A stretch of 64,000 bases of DNA. It comes from Phoronis australis (taxonomy: Eukaryota > Animalia > Phoronida). The translations under genes and the position numbers were made by a program. Location: assembly GCA_002633005.1 (NCBI GenBank), contig NMRA01000222.1:1-64000 (forward strand). Direction: 5' to 3'. Under the pieces are notes generated by a model. It worked only from the letters and a program-made list of their open reading frames with translations, was not told the DNA's origin and searched no databases. This document shows positions 1 to 14,200 of this stretch, one piece after another (position 1 is the stretch's first letter; each line of letters starts with the position of its first letter).

Positions 1-593
1 TGGAATCTGTGAGAATTTTAGGGGGGCAATGGCTCCCTTGGCCCCCCTCTAAATCCGCCACTAGCTGTCATTACCGAACAGTTTATTTTGAGTGATATGA
101 ATCCATAACAATTATTATTATTAAGCGTTTTTCAAAAATACTGGTAGACAAGTTGAATTGGCTTCAGCTGCTTCCATGATAAGGAGAGCAGTCCAGGCTC
201 AGTTATCATCACCTTGTTGGACTTAAGGTGCTTTAAGCACAACTAAAGATATGGAAACCAGCTGCCTGGACCGCCCTGGTCAATCTAAGCTGGTATTCAA
301 TGTAAATGACTTATTCGTGTCATGCAGTCTTTTGACTGTCGTGGAATTATCTGATATGTTATCATATATCAGGCCTCTGGAGCATGTCAATTAGATTATA
401 TAAACTGATGACCACTGCACTGATGGTGGTGGGTAAACAGAGAGCTAGAAAGGGTTCTGTAATGAGTTGAAAACTATGGCAACAACTTAATGAGTCGAAA
501 AGGATATCTTTTTAATTCATATTTATTATTGGTATAAGATTGGGTTTTGTAGGCTTCGAGCATGTTTGAATTTAAGTTATGTAATCATTACAG

Positions 594-760
594 GGTGCAT
601 GTGGTCCATTTGTGGTATTCACGACCAGGGCTGGGCCGAAAGACCTGTATTTGGCAAGATTCGTTACATGAACTACAAAGGCTGCCAGCGCAAGTTTGAT
701 GTCAACGCATTTGTAAAGAAATATGACGCTAAAGCTTACAAGTATACCAAGAAACATTGA
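594..760 (+). CDS. phr: Final coding exon of class II CPD photolyase (deoxyribodipyrimidine photo-lyase); upstream exons lie outside the window
   Basis: Translation [37 protein letters not shown] matches the class II photolyase C-terminal signature. Acceptor ttacag ends at 593; TGA at 758-760. Confidence 0.95.
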
Positions 761-1553
761 TGAGACTATTTTTGGCCCAGATCAGCAACGTTTAATACAT
801 GACCGTGTAGTTGAGACTGTAGATTATATTTTTGTACCTAGTCTTTATATTCCTGTGGGTTTATTGTCATGCGCACAAGCTGTACATTATTAGAAAATGT
901 AGTTTTGAATATTAGCATTATGTCGGTTATTATGACATTTTATCATTATACCACTTTGAAATTAAACCTTCGTAGATAACACCATGGGGTAATATGAAAT
1001 TGTTGTTATAGTTCTTGTGTTATATTAAATGCCCAGAATTGCATGATGACACTTGGCTTTCCTCAATGTCCAACTGCTGGTTCGTGACCCTTGATAATTG
1101 GCCCATTATGTTGCATGCCCAGCAGAATCAGTGAAGCATAATGCTGGCTGTGGACTATTGTGTATTCAATGGGCTTTGCAAACGTTTTAGGTTACAAAAG
1201 TCACATCTCTTGTCTCATTTTCAAAATTCAAAAACTCAACCAAATGTACTTTTCACGATCTATTGGTATGTTATATAAACACTTTCAAAATGGAAATTTT
1301 GTTGTCTCCTTAAGTGTCTACAACCTCGTTCATAATGGTCAATTTCACACCTGAATAACCTCATTAATTTCCAGAGCACAATAACAGCAGCAGCTGGATG
1401 TATTCTTTGAACATACTGGCAGATTTTCTGGTTCTTAGTTGGGTTTGTACAGCTCGACCCATCAGTTTTGTCAATGTAGGATTCATTTCATGTTGTCCTC
1501 AATTGTTTTGTTGTTGACTGTGTAGTCATTATCTAAGGATTTTAAGTTTGTAA

Positions 1554-1559
1554 AATAAA
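1554..1559 (+). terminator. Candidate polyadenylation signal of the photolyase mRNA
   Basis: AATAAA about 800 nt after the stop, followed by T-rich sequence. ATTAAA alternatives occur earlier. Confidence 0.4.
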
Positions 1560-3059
1560 TAATGCGTTTTACTCAATATTTTATTACACAGTTTTCATTG
1601 TAGTGAATTTTTTAAAGTCGTAGAGACCAGTTGGTGTCTGTGAATTACTGACCTCACTGGTGTGCATAATAGTTTCGCCATATTACGGCTGCCAACAAGT
1701 CCATGAAATGCCCTCATAACTGTTGGAGAGTGACATTCGACCAAGGCATGGGCCTGCACCTCTACAAAAATGGTTCAGAAACGGACAAAACGTGCTTACT
1801 AGCGTCTACGAACCAACTCTAGTGCTCAATAAACTACCTGCTCTGAAAAAGATTGTATCGCCTCACTTATCTTCTCTGCGTATTGGAACAATCACGGCTG
1901 CAATACCGCATTGCTCAAACTTTGGCAGTGGAGTGCCCCAGGTCGCCGCACTCATTTTGAACCGTAACGACCTCGTGCTATTAATCCCTCTTATGTTGCG
2001 GACGGACGAGAATAACTTGAGTTACGACTCTAATCATGCAAACAATCTGGAAACAACACAAACTGGAATCGCAACACCATCCACCAATAGTCTCTCTACG
2101 TGGATCGCAATAAAAGCAATGCTGCATCAAAAAAAAAGAAAAGAAAACCCGGCAACAGCTGGCTTCACCTCACTCCTTGTAGACTCAATCATCAAGTCAA
2201 CGCTCCTTCTGGCGACCTCTGCAAACTTGGAGTAAGATTATTTTTCTTATTATAGTCCTAGCTACTACAGAGTAAATATTGACAACAAACTGCCCATTAC
2301 CAATATCGTAAAAAGACCGTAGCATACCNGCTCTCAGGGCTCCCTTCATATTATTTCAAGCATTCGTACACACTTTCAGCCACTAACTCGGCATCGTGTG
2401 GCCTTTCCTCATCGAAAAAGTACCGATAAACTGGAAAGTCAGGACTCAAAACTGGACATAAAATCAGCCAGCAGGTGGAGTACGCCGGACACGGGACCTT
2501 CTGGTCTATCCGCGACTAATTAAAAATTTCTAGAGGTCATCAGAACTGTCTCATCCTCAGTACAAGACCCTTCATCATCATGCTCCGAAATCAACGATTT
2601 GTAATTGATTGATGTACGCACGAGTCTCGACATTGTACGTCCGAGGAATCGTGAGCCTTTTGATCTGCAAATAGGCCCACTAGTGCCACTGCCAAACGGA
2701 CTTCACTGTTTCAAGTATCCCGCCCCTGTGGAGCTCCATGGACCGCGGTCCGCACACTGATAAAGGCACTAGTACTATATTAGCTTACAAAAGCATCTGG
2801 GTACCCAGCATAAAAATGGGGGGGGGGTTTGAGAATGTGGACCTTTAAGTTTCACGGGTACCGGTATAGGTTCAGAGCTCTGAATTGTGCATTCGCCGAA
2901 TTTTGGTTCCTGCCTTTTTAGTGAACTTTCGTCTCGTTTAATTCTTCATTTTTTGGATTTTTTGTTTCTCCGATCACTCAGGCGAACCTTTTTTGCCCAC
3001 TTCGCAAAATGGGGCTCATTCGAGCCTTTCGATCGAGCCCCCTTGGGTGCGCGCGTGAA

Positions 3060-3900
3060 AATGACAATAGGATCCAACTCTATGCGACGTTCAATATAGG
3101 AAGTTCAATAGGAAGTTCCATACTAAAGGAAGTTTAATCATTCTGCATGAAATTCAGTAGCATGCGTGCACCCAGGNCGGGGGGCTCAAACGAGCCCCCC
3201 TCCCACCATTTGGCGAAGTGGGCAAAAAGTCCGAGAAAATGAGACAAAAAGTCCGAGAAAATGAGGCATAAGTCCATTTAACATGCGCCAACGCGCAAAT
3301 CACAGTGGTGGTCCCGTTTTTTTAAATTTTTTTTCTTAGTCCGCCCGCATTTCTTTGTTACCAAAAAGTCCACAAAGTCAGGAATTTGAGCCCCCCGGCA
3401 TATTTAAGGCTGGGTGCGCGCATGAATAGGGTCCTATATATGTAGGATGTTCAATAGGATTGGAAGTTCAATAGGATTCTGTTGGATGTTCAATATCATG
3501 CTATTGGAAGTTAAATAGGATCCTATAGGAAGTTCAATGTGATATTTTCTACAGGAAGTTCAATAGGCCGATTCTGTATGAGGTTCGAATAGTATCCTAT
3601 AGCCTGAGGAAGTTGAATAGGTTCTTACAGAACATTCTAAAGAAAATCCTTTTGGATCCTATAGAATTTCCTACTGAAATCGTTATAAGTTCCTAAAAGT
3701 ACTATTTTAGCATATTAATTAGTATTTCCCTTCAGGTGGGAAAGCCTTTCAGATTATTCATACAGTATTCTATAGCCTGAGGGTTTTCAACGAATATGAG
3801 AGGTTCAATACACGATGCTGTAGGAAGGTCAATACAATTGTGTATTAAGTTCAACAGGGTTCTATAGGAGGAAGGAAATTCAATAAGATCTTATAGAATA
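3060..3900. repeat. Degenerate ~22-bp minisatellite (AGGAAGTTCAATAGGATCCTAT-like) within an interspersed repeat
   Basis: Many imperfect copies of ggaagttcaatagga. Confidence 0.7.
3161..3424. mobile_element. MITE with CATGCG(C/T)GCACCCAG termini
   Basis: catgcgtgcacccag ... ctgggtgcgcgcatg inverted ends; the same terminus recurs at ~3040, ~21540 and ~33370. Confidence 0.7.
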
Positions 3901-6900
3901 CTCCACACAATATCATTTTGGATCATATGGAATTGCCTTTTGGAGTTGCTTTTCATGTTCCAAAATGTGCTTTTTACACAATACGTAAAAGAATGTACGT
4001 CATAGATATGATTTTTAAAATAAATTAGTTTGGCAATGAAATGAGTAGAACTAGTATATTAACTTGATAAAGGAAATCTAGTCTTCAGAACACCAAAATG
4101 ATGGAGCAACATATTGATCGGTCGACTCGCCTGAATATTAAAATTTAGAAAAATTAATGACTCAGAAGAGTAGAAAATAGATAAAAACAAACTGATATCT
4201 TACTATGTATATACTCTTAGCATAACTGTTTGTTAAAATGTTTCGAAATCACATTTCTGAAAAAAAAAACTCTACAGGAAAATAGGAAATCTTGATCCCG
4301 TTAAGACATCCTATAAGAAATCAATATTCCTATAGGAATTCCTACAGGATCCTATAGATTATTTTAAATTCGTAAGTGAAAATACTGTAAATATCCTAAA
4401 GCACTGCTCTTGCTTCGCTTTGACTGGTCACTGGCATTGTTCTCGTTGCTTTGAGCACAGAGTGAAATAAATTATCATGCTGTATCATGTTGCCCAATGT
4501 TATGTACGTCTGGTGTCGAGTCGACTCTTAGTTCTGATGTGTGTGTTACCATTACCTCCAGCGCTTATGCAAGTCAGTACAGGCTTTAAAAAGTCCTTTA
4601 TTGGTGTTCTGTGTAATGTACATTACATTCATCCCTGGTCTGTGCTACGTTGTTGTTTTTCAAGCTCCATGGTCAGTGACCACTAAGCTTCGTGTTTACA
4701 CCTCTATCAGTAAGTTCGAGCCTTGTGAGCGACATAATGCTAGCACAGTTATGTAACGCGTTGCCCTTTATTGACTAGCATATATAACTACACTCCGGAG
4801 GCTGACGTGCGTTCCGAAGCGGCAACCTCACTATTGAAAACACAAGATTACGTAAGACATGAGATATCACCGTATTATAAGCGAATCACGTTATCACACC
4901 ACCTGACTAATTCAGACCGTCGTGATAGGCTTTTGTCTACGGAACTCAACTCGGTCAGCATTGTGCCAGACTTGATCGGCAGTGTTACGGTGAGTAGGCC
5001 TATTCGTCAGCGATATTTTTATCGCCAATCGAGTGCCTCTGTGATGCACGGTTGTTGATATCCCTAACATTCATAATATCAACTTATCAACTTTGTTGAA
5101 AACATTTTTTATGAAACTGGTTTTACTTATGCGAACATACGGCTTTCTCATGCGCGTTTTGAAAACGCGGGCTCGGAGCTTTTCCGATATAGGTCCATAG
5201 GTCCGACGAGTTAACAAGCCACAAATTGGAGACAACATGGTTGGAAGCTTTGGTTCAAACGTAGTATAGTATAACGTCGTATGGGAAATGACGAATTTTA
5301 TCGAGTAAAGCGTACACCCATAAACCACGGACCCAACACGCTACATAGCCCAATTTTCCATTTCGATTACAAAGAAAAAAACTCTGGATGTTCATAGGTT
5401 TTTGCAGCACTCAAAAATTTCCGTTTGACTAAAAACAAAAATTGAGGAGCACTGAAGCCTTTTGGTTGGTTAGGTTTGCTTGACACTCTTCTTGCCGAGT
5501 GCAAGTCCGCCGTTCATTTGCCACCGTCCCGTCAATTAACTGAAATATTGATTGCAATGACAGTGCAACTGGTTCCATGTTCTAGCACGAATGTGATTTG
5601 AGTCATGTATTGTAGCAGGTTGTGGGTAATATCATGCATTGTCGTAGATTGAGAGTTTGCCACGGTGTGTCAGGTTTCAAACAAAATGAAACCATAGAAA
5701 TAACGTTAAAAAGCATTGTTCTTTGAGTTGAAATTACCGGAATGAAACAATACACTGACCATAATTCTGAGTGATCTGGCACCAAATTTCTTGCTGGACA
5801 CACAATATTGATTTGACACCATGCTTCCCGTGACAATTACAGGAAACACGGGTGTCACTAAAAAGTAAACAAAGAACACAGAAAAATCATTGTGTCAGTT
5901 TTCTTTTTCTTGTCATCAAGTCAGTAACATAAACGGAGTAACGGTAATTACAAGGACTCGGACTAGCGGCAACTTTGCAGACGCAAAATATTTAGAAATT
6001 TGGTTCGCTGTTTTAGCACTGAATGCTTAAAAACACACTGAAGTCAGACCAATTAGTTCGTTCGGTTCCTCAAATTTAGCCGCAGAATGACATAATAACG
6101 GCAATCGTTTTCATCATACTGTTTTCCAGTGAGGCATTTAATTTTTATGTAATGGTTGTTATTGTCAAGTGCCATCAGAGCTTTTGTAGGACCATAGATA
6201 GGGGGAATGGACCAAAAATTCATTGAAATGTCCCAAGTTAGTGTAGCGAGTGACGGGCTAGCCAGATGAGGCCCAGATCTACATGTACATGTTTGTTTTG
6301 CTGGCCAACCCTCGTTTTGACTTTGGAATGTTAACCACGCGCAAATTTTGAGAATGGCCTACATTGTGTTCACGTTGACTGGACATCGTCACCCCGACAG
6401 ATCGCACAGCATGGACGCATTTTCTGTCTCGTTTTACTTCAGCACCCGGATTCATCTCAGATTCCGAAAATGCCTCCACTCAAATGACAAAATACGTACC
6501 GGGTGAACCTAAGATTTTTTGTCCTTTATGTGGCCCGCCTAACAAGGCCATGGGGGTTCACTAGTAATTGCAGGTTGTTATTGTGGAAAGAAGTTCTTCA
6601 CGTCTCTATTTTTTCATAAAGCAGCTCATCCATGGAAAACGTTCTTTCAATCAAATTGCCACAAGCAGTTGCCTAATAACTGGCAATTTCCGCGTAAGCG
6701 CTCGCCTTTTCGAAAAATGACGTTCTTTGCGCATTTTTCGGCGTGTACCTGGCAAGCTGACCATAATTTCCCCAGATTTCGGTAAAACCACGTACAGTCG
6801 AGTAGCTACCCTAAGAGAACCTGGAAATTCTTGGTAGTAAAAGGGGTTTTACTATTTTATCTTAAGGTGGCCCCTTAAGCATTTTGGCTGTGTTTTAATC

Positions 6901-9900
6901 TTGACATCCTTGAGTATCTGTAAATTAAAGTTGCCATTACACTAATTCTATTTTTGCTTATAAGCCCCTTACCAAGCACCGTGAGTAGATCATTTTGACG
7001 CTTTTCTGTTGTTCCCAAGGTCAATGATTTATTTAAAGCACATTTACAGGTGAATAAATCTGAATCTGCATAATTTATGGTAATTAAAGTCGCCATTATT
7101 CAAAAATTTTCATGCGCTTATAGCCGAGTTTCCAGCTACCACAGGTAAAAAAGACATTACTTAAAGCGTGGCATGCACATGATTCAAAACAATGCCGTTA
7201 CAAAGTTTCCACAAGTCGTGCTATTCAGATTTCCCACGGATGATTGTCTACATGCTATCATGAGGACGAAATAGTTCCAAGATCGCACCACTACATGTAC
7301 ATTCCAGTTACGATAGCCTGAACTCCAGTCCTGGATCAGAAGACACCAATCCGTGGTACAAATCCCCAGAATTGGACCCCTGTGGTCGGTTGCATGAAAC
7401 AGTCCCAAATAGGGACTCAACTAAGGTCCCTAAGTATTTTGCGTATTTGTGTCTTTATGGACTCACATATGCAATATTTTTCTATCATTTCATCTTCATT
7501 ATGAGCTCCTCCTTGAATAATGACATTTTCTAAAACTAAAACTAAAAACTGAGCTCAGACTAGTTCATTGAAAATAAATAGGGACTTAGTCCTTAAATTG
7601 GGGGTGTTGCATGAAAAGATCCATAATTATTTTCAATAATATTGACAATTCAACTTTGAGTTCACTCTCGATTCGTATCAAAGTAAAAAAGTTGACTTGG
7701 CCCACTCCACTGCATGTTCATTGCATATCTATTTTGCAATCAAAGTTTAGTTTCAGATTTACGTATCATATCAAGCCCCTCGAACGCCAAAACATTAATT
7801 CGGTCAGCATGCCCAGCACCTGCATTCATTCTTATGCCATTGATCACTGAATAGGGGTTGCGGCCCTTTTTATGATTCGCATTCAGCTTTTCAACAAATA
7901 TTGTTTGCTGTGGCTAAACAATATGCTCTCAATGACCTGCCGGACGCCGTATATACGGTGGCGTATATACGGTTACTTCAGTGAGGAGAGAGGTGCACAC
8001 TAGTGTAAGTATCGGAATCTATAGTAGTTAGAGACTAAGGTGTGATGTCGGACAGTAGGTCATGAAATGATATTGAGGTTTTTCAACTAGGACCCTAGTT
8101 TTCAAGTGGCATTTGACTAAATTAGAGAACTCTCACTGTACAGATTGTCGATCGCCGCAGTCCATATCTAGGTACTTGTTCTTGTTAGTAAACAACCGTT
8201 TGAGCTGGTGTAATGGTCAGTAAAACTATAGCTTCATTCAAGTTTTATGCTAAATGCCATATCCGGTAAACCTTAGATTCTGGTTTTAGCCACATTCTGC
8301 TATCGACTGGGACGTCATATCCCCCCGTTCGAATATTCTGGCATCCAAGATCAAATTTTGAATCCTGGGAGTACTTCACTGTTGAAGCCAGTACTGTGTG
8401 TGAACTTGGAATCCTGCTCAGTTGATCTCAAGATCATGCACGTATTTGTGGACTTGGAATACATTGTGGAAACTTGGAAAGTTCACTCAAACAATCACGT
8501 TCACGTTGATAAAATTTGCACTGCACGAAAGGAAATGACATGTTCCTAATACAGTGCAAATTTTGACAACGTCTTTTCAAATACTGGCGTTCTTATTCAC
8601 AAAACAAAAATTGAATAACTGACATGAATTCACAAGTTCCAGTAAAGGAGGAAATGGTTAATCGTGTGGTCAATAACAGCAAAAATCATCTTTACAATGA
8701 CCAAAAAATTCACCCGATTACCTTTATAAATATTCATTTCCAATTTCACTCATACGCGATCTTGAGATTAAGCAGGATTCCAAGTTCACGCACAGCTTAG
8801 CTACCTCTAACTTACAGCAGGTACATTTCAGTTTGGGCCATATCCGTCTACCCGTTATTGTGTACTGAGCTATCACGCACTACCATACATGACGTGGTCT
8901 GTATACTCTACCGGATGTTTTGAGGCCATTTCTTGTGACCACTTCCGGAGGGCCGTTGTGTTTTGATGTTTTGCTGTCACTCGGCGTTGCGTTATGTAAA
9001 AGTGAAATGTCACCATGTTTAAACTTTAACATTTCCATGAAATCGGGCTGGCAAATTTTGGCAATTCTGCAAATTGAAATAGAACATGTGAAATGAGAAG
9101 ACCACATGTGTGATACTGCAAATATTACTTCTATAAGATGCGTCAAGTCGTGAACACACGAATAGTTTATTTTTCACATTCAAGGCAAATTTATGAATTT
9201 GCAAGCTTCGCCTGGTGATGAAATTTGGAACTGCCATTCCATACATTTAATATCTTTATTGACTGAAGATGTAAACTAACAGATATTAGGAAACTGACAA
9301 TGTTAATTTGATAACACGCTTACAAATCTTTCATAGGTCTAATTGGAAAATAGCTGGATTTACAAAAAAAATGTAAATTTACAAGCGATAAAGATTCCCT
9401 ATTTTAATTCCAGACCTTTCGTACCTTCTTTATTTAGAACCCTTTAGCAATTTGCATTTCGTCAATCCTACATTTATGTTTTTGGTAATTAAATTAAATT
9501 TACCAGTTTTACTCAGTGTTTTATCAAATTAGACAGAAACACTTTTGGTTTTGATCAGCTAAAAAGAACAGTCTTCATTTTTAGAATGTTTTGATTCATT
9601 GCAATATTGATTTGACTTTGTTTTAAAAGAGAATACACATGTCCGCCGACCCTTAATGAAAAAGGAGCTCGAACATAAATCTCCAGCGTTACCTTTCCAA
9701 CTGCTTCTCGGACAATGCTTCCCCATCCTGGTGATAAATGAATCCGTTTAAGTGGTCCAGTAGTCCTCCAGTGTCATTTTTCCTCGGCTCAGTGTCCCCT
9801 TGGCTGGCTATCCCTCTACTCTTCAGCGCGACTTCCTGTTGTGTCACGTGCACGAACCCATAGACCCTATTCACGCCAACAGGAGGCGCGTTCCAAAACG

Positions 9901-10178
9901 AGGCTCGCTACGATAGCTCTGTTAGCTTATCGGCATAGGAGTCTGTGTTTCAGTCCGTGTTGTTCCCCGAACGGCTACAAAAAATACGGACACGCTTCAC
10001 AATCTCTAAAGACGTTTAGATTCGGAAGCGTTGGGTCGTTGCCATACGCCGACGAAGCAAAATATGTCCGTGTAAAATATATATGTTTTCGAAAAGTTAG
10101 ATCATATTTTGTCGCGTCTCGGTCAGTTGTCAAGCATCATAGTAACGACCGGAGAATGGGCCAGCCAGGTTATATTTT

Positions 10179-10613
10179 NNNNNNNNNNNNNNNNNNNNNN
10201 NNNNNNNNNNNNNNNNNNNNNNNNNNNNNNNNNNNNNNNNNNNNNNNNNNNNNNNNNNNNNNNNNNNNNNNNNNNNNNNNNNNNNNNNNNNNNNNNNNNN
10301 NNNNNNNNNNNNNNNNNNNNNNNNNNNNNNNNNNNNNNNNNNNNNNNNNNNNNNNNNNNNNNNNNNNNNNNNNNNNNNNNNNNNNNNNNNNNNNNNNNNN
10401 NNNNNNNNNNNNNNNNNNNNNNNNNNNNNNNNNNNNNNNNNNNNNNNNNNNNNNNNNNNNNNNNNNNNNNNNNNNNNNNNNNNNNNNNNNNNNNNNNNNN
10501 NNNNNNNNNNNNNNNNNNNNNNNNNNNNNNNNNNNNNNNNNNNNNNNNNNNNNNNNNNNNNNNNNNNNNNNNNNNNNNNNNNNNNNNNNNNNNNNNNNNN
10601 NNNNNNNNNNNNN
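10179..10613. other. Assembly gap (other gaps: 30438-31105, 34066-34840, 35886-35915, 42193-42301)
   Basis: Runs of N. Confidence 1.
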
Positions 10614-11127
10614 TGAAGGAAAAGTTCCAAGTAGAAATTTGTTTCTGGCATTCTAATGCTGTGCTAATCTCGTATGTTGGTAAATTTGTTTTTAATTCTA
10701 TGTTTCTGTGGTGCTTTAAGCAACTGGTGTATAGGATGTGCTTGTATTATGAAGATTACTCACATTTTGCCCCTAGCCTATTGGGGAGACAAGGACCATG
10801 CCTTTCCATTTTGCAAAGTACAACATACTACATATATGCCCTCTACTGGCCACTTTATGGTACCAATAAACAACCCTAGAAGGATACCGTATGCGGTGCA
10901 ATTGTGGGCGCATTTCAACGCTCTGCGTTGCTATTGTTTAAATATTATTCTCATAATGTGTAAAACCCTTATCAGATGTCGGAACCGGGCGAACTTGAGT
11001 GCAGCCACAGTTGCCGCTGAATTTGGGTATTGTTGCAGTTTTACGGAGAAGTTAAATGTCCATATGTCTTTAAAAGTCGCTTGAGTCGTAACTATAACCC
11101 ATACCATTTGCCTTGCAGTTTTTGAAG

Positions 11128-11283
11128 ATGGGCAATACCCCCTCTGAACCGGATGGAGACTCGTATGATCCATCGACGGATCCAGTTGACACTTCAGACA
11201 TTGAAGGACACAACTTTCCTTATGAGAATCTCGTTCTCGAGGGTGGTGGTGTAAAAGCGTGTGCCTACGCTGGTGCATTCGAA
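11128..11283 (+). CDS. Patatin A coding exon 1 (MGNTPS...; glycine-rich oxyanion loop LVLEGGGVKACAYAG)
   Basis: ATG in AAGATGG context after acceptor ttgcag (11118); donor GAA|gtgagt; near-identical in copy B. Confidence 0.9.
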
Positions 11284-14200
11284 GTGAGTGCTAGTGTGTT
11301 TTTTTGTGGATTATTTTGTTTAAAATGTTATGGTTCTTTTATACGCAGCAACAACTGAGAAATGTTAACGAAAATTGTTAGCGTCTGACGTGTCAATTTA
11401 AATTGAGGCTGAGAGAATTACTCACTATAAGCGGCGAGTGAAAAATATCTGTAACTAGGCCAACCGGTAATTAAAGTGTTTAAGTTTTTTCATTTGGTGC
11501 ATATGAACGACACCCAAATTCTGATTTTTTCAAAAACAGATTTTGGACAAAGTCGGTATTCTCAAAAACATCAAACGGATAGCTGGTACATCAGGCGGCG
11601 CCATTGCGGCAACACTTCTTGCTCTCGGCTGTAGTCCGCAGGAGATTTCAACACGGTTCACTCCTTGGGATGAGTTGCTAGGTAAGCGATCCATTCTTAT
11701 TCACCTGTAACACTCACGATTCAATGTGTGTGTGTGTGCAACATCGCCGGAGTTTTCCCAATGGTGTATCAAACTTTGTATCAAGTCTAGTCCGCAAACA
11801 TGTCGCAACCGCAGCCTTTTCGCGCAGTAAGTTGCAGACGTTGTCGTGAGTACCTCCAAACTGCAGTTATCGTGAGCTGTTGTGTTTGCATTAGCTGTAC
11901 GCAATGTTGCCACAAGATTGTACAATACTCGCCGACGATTGACTAATTTTGTTATTCAACGGCTACAGTAATGACTTACTAAAAGCCTGCGACAACAGAA
12001 AGCTAACAAGAAGATTAGGTTAGCATAAAAATGTCAAAATTACTTTTTCTTGTGTATCCGGCTGCCTTAACTGTAAACACCAGAAGATGGTTTTATCTGC
12101 TAAAAACCAGGCGTTCGTTCCGCAGAGGAGAGAAATTTGAGAAAACGCAAGCATACACAAGACTTCGCAAGGTATCGCAGTGGCGGATCTAGGATAGCAT
12201 AAGGGGGGGCAACATGTTGCCTTGGGGAATTGGGCAAAGCGCGATTGTATATGCACATGCCGCCCGAAAGTTGCAGGCGGCCAAGGATGTGCACCTCCTG
12301 TTCGCAAAGTCTATAGTGGACTAAAAAACCGGAACACGGTTGTGTGCGGTCTGCTCCCCCTCATCCGATACTGCTCCTACTTCTTTCTTACTGCCCTCAA
12401 TATTTCCTCACGCTTCGCGTTGTTGCTCTTTCATTTTCCTTGCGGCAGCCAAGGGGGTGGGCCGGTGGGGGGGCGCTTCCCCAAAATCCACCTACGTATC
12501 GCCATGTATTCCAAGCTTCTTTTGCTTGAGAAATTCTCGCGTCAACGGAACTCTACCCTCATATACACAGTGTTGTAAGATTTCAAATCGCAGCCTTTTC
12601 ATTGGTCATTCCTGCAGTCAATCATTTGCTAGTGTAGCACTAACTTGAGCCAACAATGTGACTACAAATAATACGTACACAACAGCTGACGATAACTGCA
12701 GTGGTGGTACACTCAACTACGTCTGCAACTACCTGCGAAAAGGCTGCGGTTACGACGCGCACGCGAAGTAGGCTTAAACCCTCCCACTGAGACTAGTCGC
12801 AGTTTAAGCGATGAGGGAGTAAAGAGTACCTCATGAGAGAGAGAGAGAAAACGCTTTTATTTACATTACATAATAATAATACATTGATTAAAATTTGATT
12901 TCAATTAGGAGGCCTTCTAAAGGTTATTGACCGCTAATAAGAAGGTCCCCTGTACAAGATAAACAAATGGAAATGCAAAAATCAGTAGGAATACTTAAGA
13001 AAACAGTGAATTAGTGCTGAAAACGACCGACAAGCCAGGAACCAAGAAGTAAACTGGCACAGCTCAGGAGATTTTGAGAATACAATTAGATACTGTTACA
13101 TATGAAGCAATTGGAAATATGACAATATGAGGTGACAACCTTGATGGCGATTGTAATGCGATGGATGCGATGAGAACGTTGGTGTTGGTGGTGGGCGTGC
13201 TGTCAACAGTGACAGTGATGGTGGGGTATGGAGGGGGGCCTGTGTGGTGTTAGTGATGGTGGGGTATAGAGGTGGGTCTGTGTGGTGTTAGTGATGGCTG
13301 TGACGCCACGGTGATGTTGAGGAAGAGGATAACGATGATACGGTGGTGGTAGTGTCAGTAACTATAAGGTTGCTGTTAAGGATTTGGTTGGTGGTAGTTG
13401 TGACGGTAGTAATGGAAAGAATGAATGTCATCTTGGTGGTGGCCGTCAGAGTTATCGATGTCGTTGTTGGTGTTGCTCCTGATGGTGACGGTGCAGATAA
13501 TGGAACCCATCATCACCATCAGCAGCAACTTCACCACTAGTAACGCAGGCAAGAATTACCAAGAACCTGCCGTTCGAGGGTTGCACTGTAGGATATGGAG
13601 GCACAATGGCCTACAGTTAGGCCTATTACAGGGTTGGTTGCTGAGACTCACCCAAGTGGAGACGAGTTCTTTATTTGACGTCCTTACCGAGAGTCTGAAA
13701 AAACAAGGTGTTTTGGCGTTGTCAACTCAAAAGCACTACTCATGACAACTGAAACTTAATTCTGCTACAGATTTTTAATCGGCTAATTCACATCGGGTAA
13801 AAATACCGGCACACAAAAATAGGACAAAAACACCAAATTTGACAATTCTCTTCCCAAATTTACCATACTTCCCTGCTAGTGCTAGAAAAAGCTAACAACA
13901 GATTCAGAATGCTCTTTCTCACTATATTCTAAAAATGCGGTCATAGTATGCCCCTTACTTGCTACCTTTTTCGCAATTTCGATCTGTCCGACAGCCACCT
14001 GAAATCGCACCCGGTTTCTGAGTAGGCAGGCGACAGGGGTTGAAAGCAAACGACAGCCATCATGGTGCATGGAAAGTAGGTCACGGCTAAAAAACGTGAC
14101 TTTTCTCATTCGAAGATACAAGTAAATCATTTTTTTTGCAATTGTTGTTCCAACAAATTCCTGAAAGCATCCGCCAAACCTGACACACGATGTATTTAAT

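Noticed and set aside
1723-2235. 170-aa plus-strand ORF
   Set aside because: No recognisable motif and no ATG start. The 1.7-2.75 kb block may be a decayed transposon, but I cannot assign it.
9841-10879. Long ORFs spanning N-runs (also 30305-31252, 34009-34933, 42119-42386)
   Set aside because: Artefacts of assembly gaps translated as X.
13343-13540. Val-rich/His-rich ORF
   Set aside because: Low-complexity GGT/GAT intron sequence; the frame is not preserved in the copy B equivalent.
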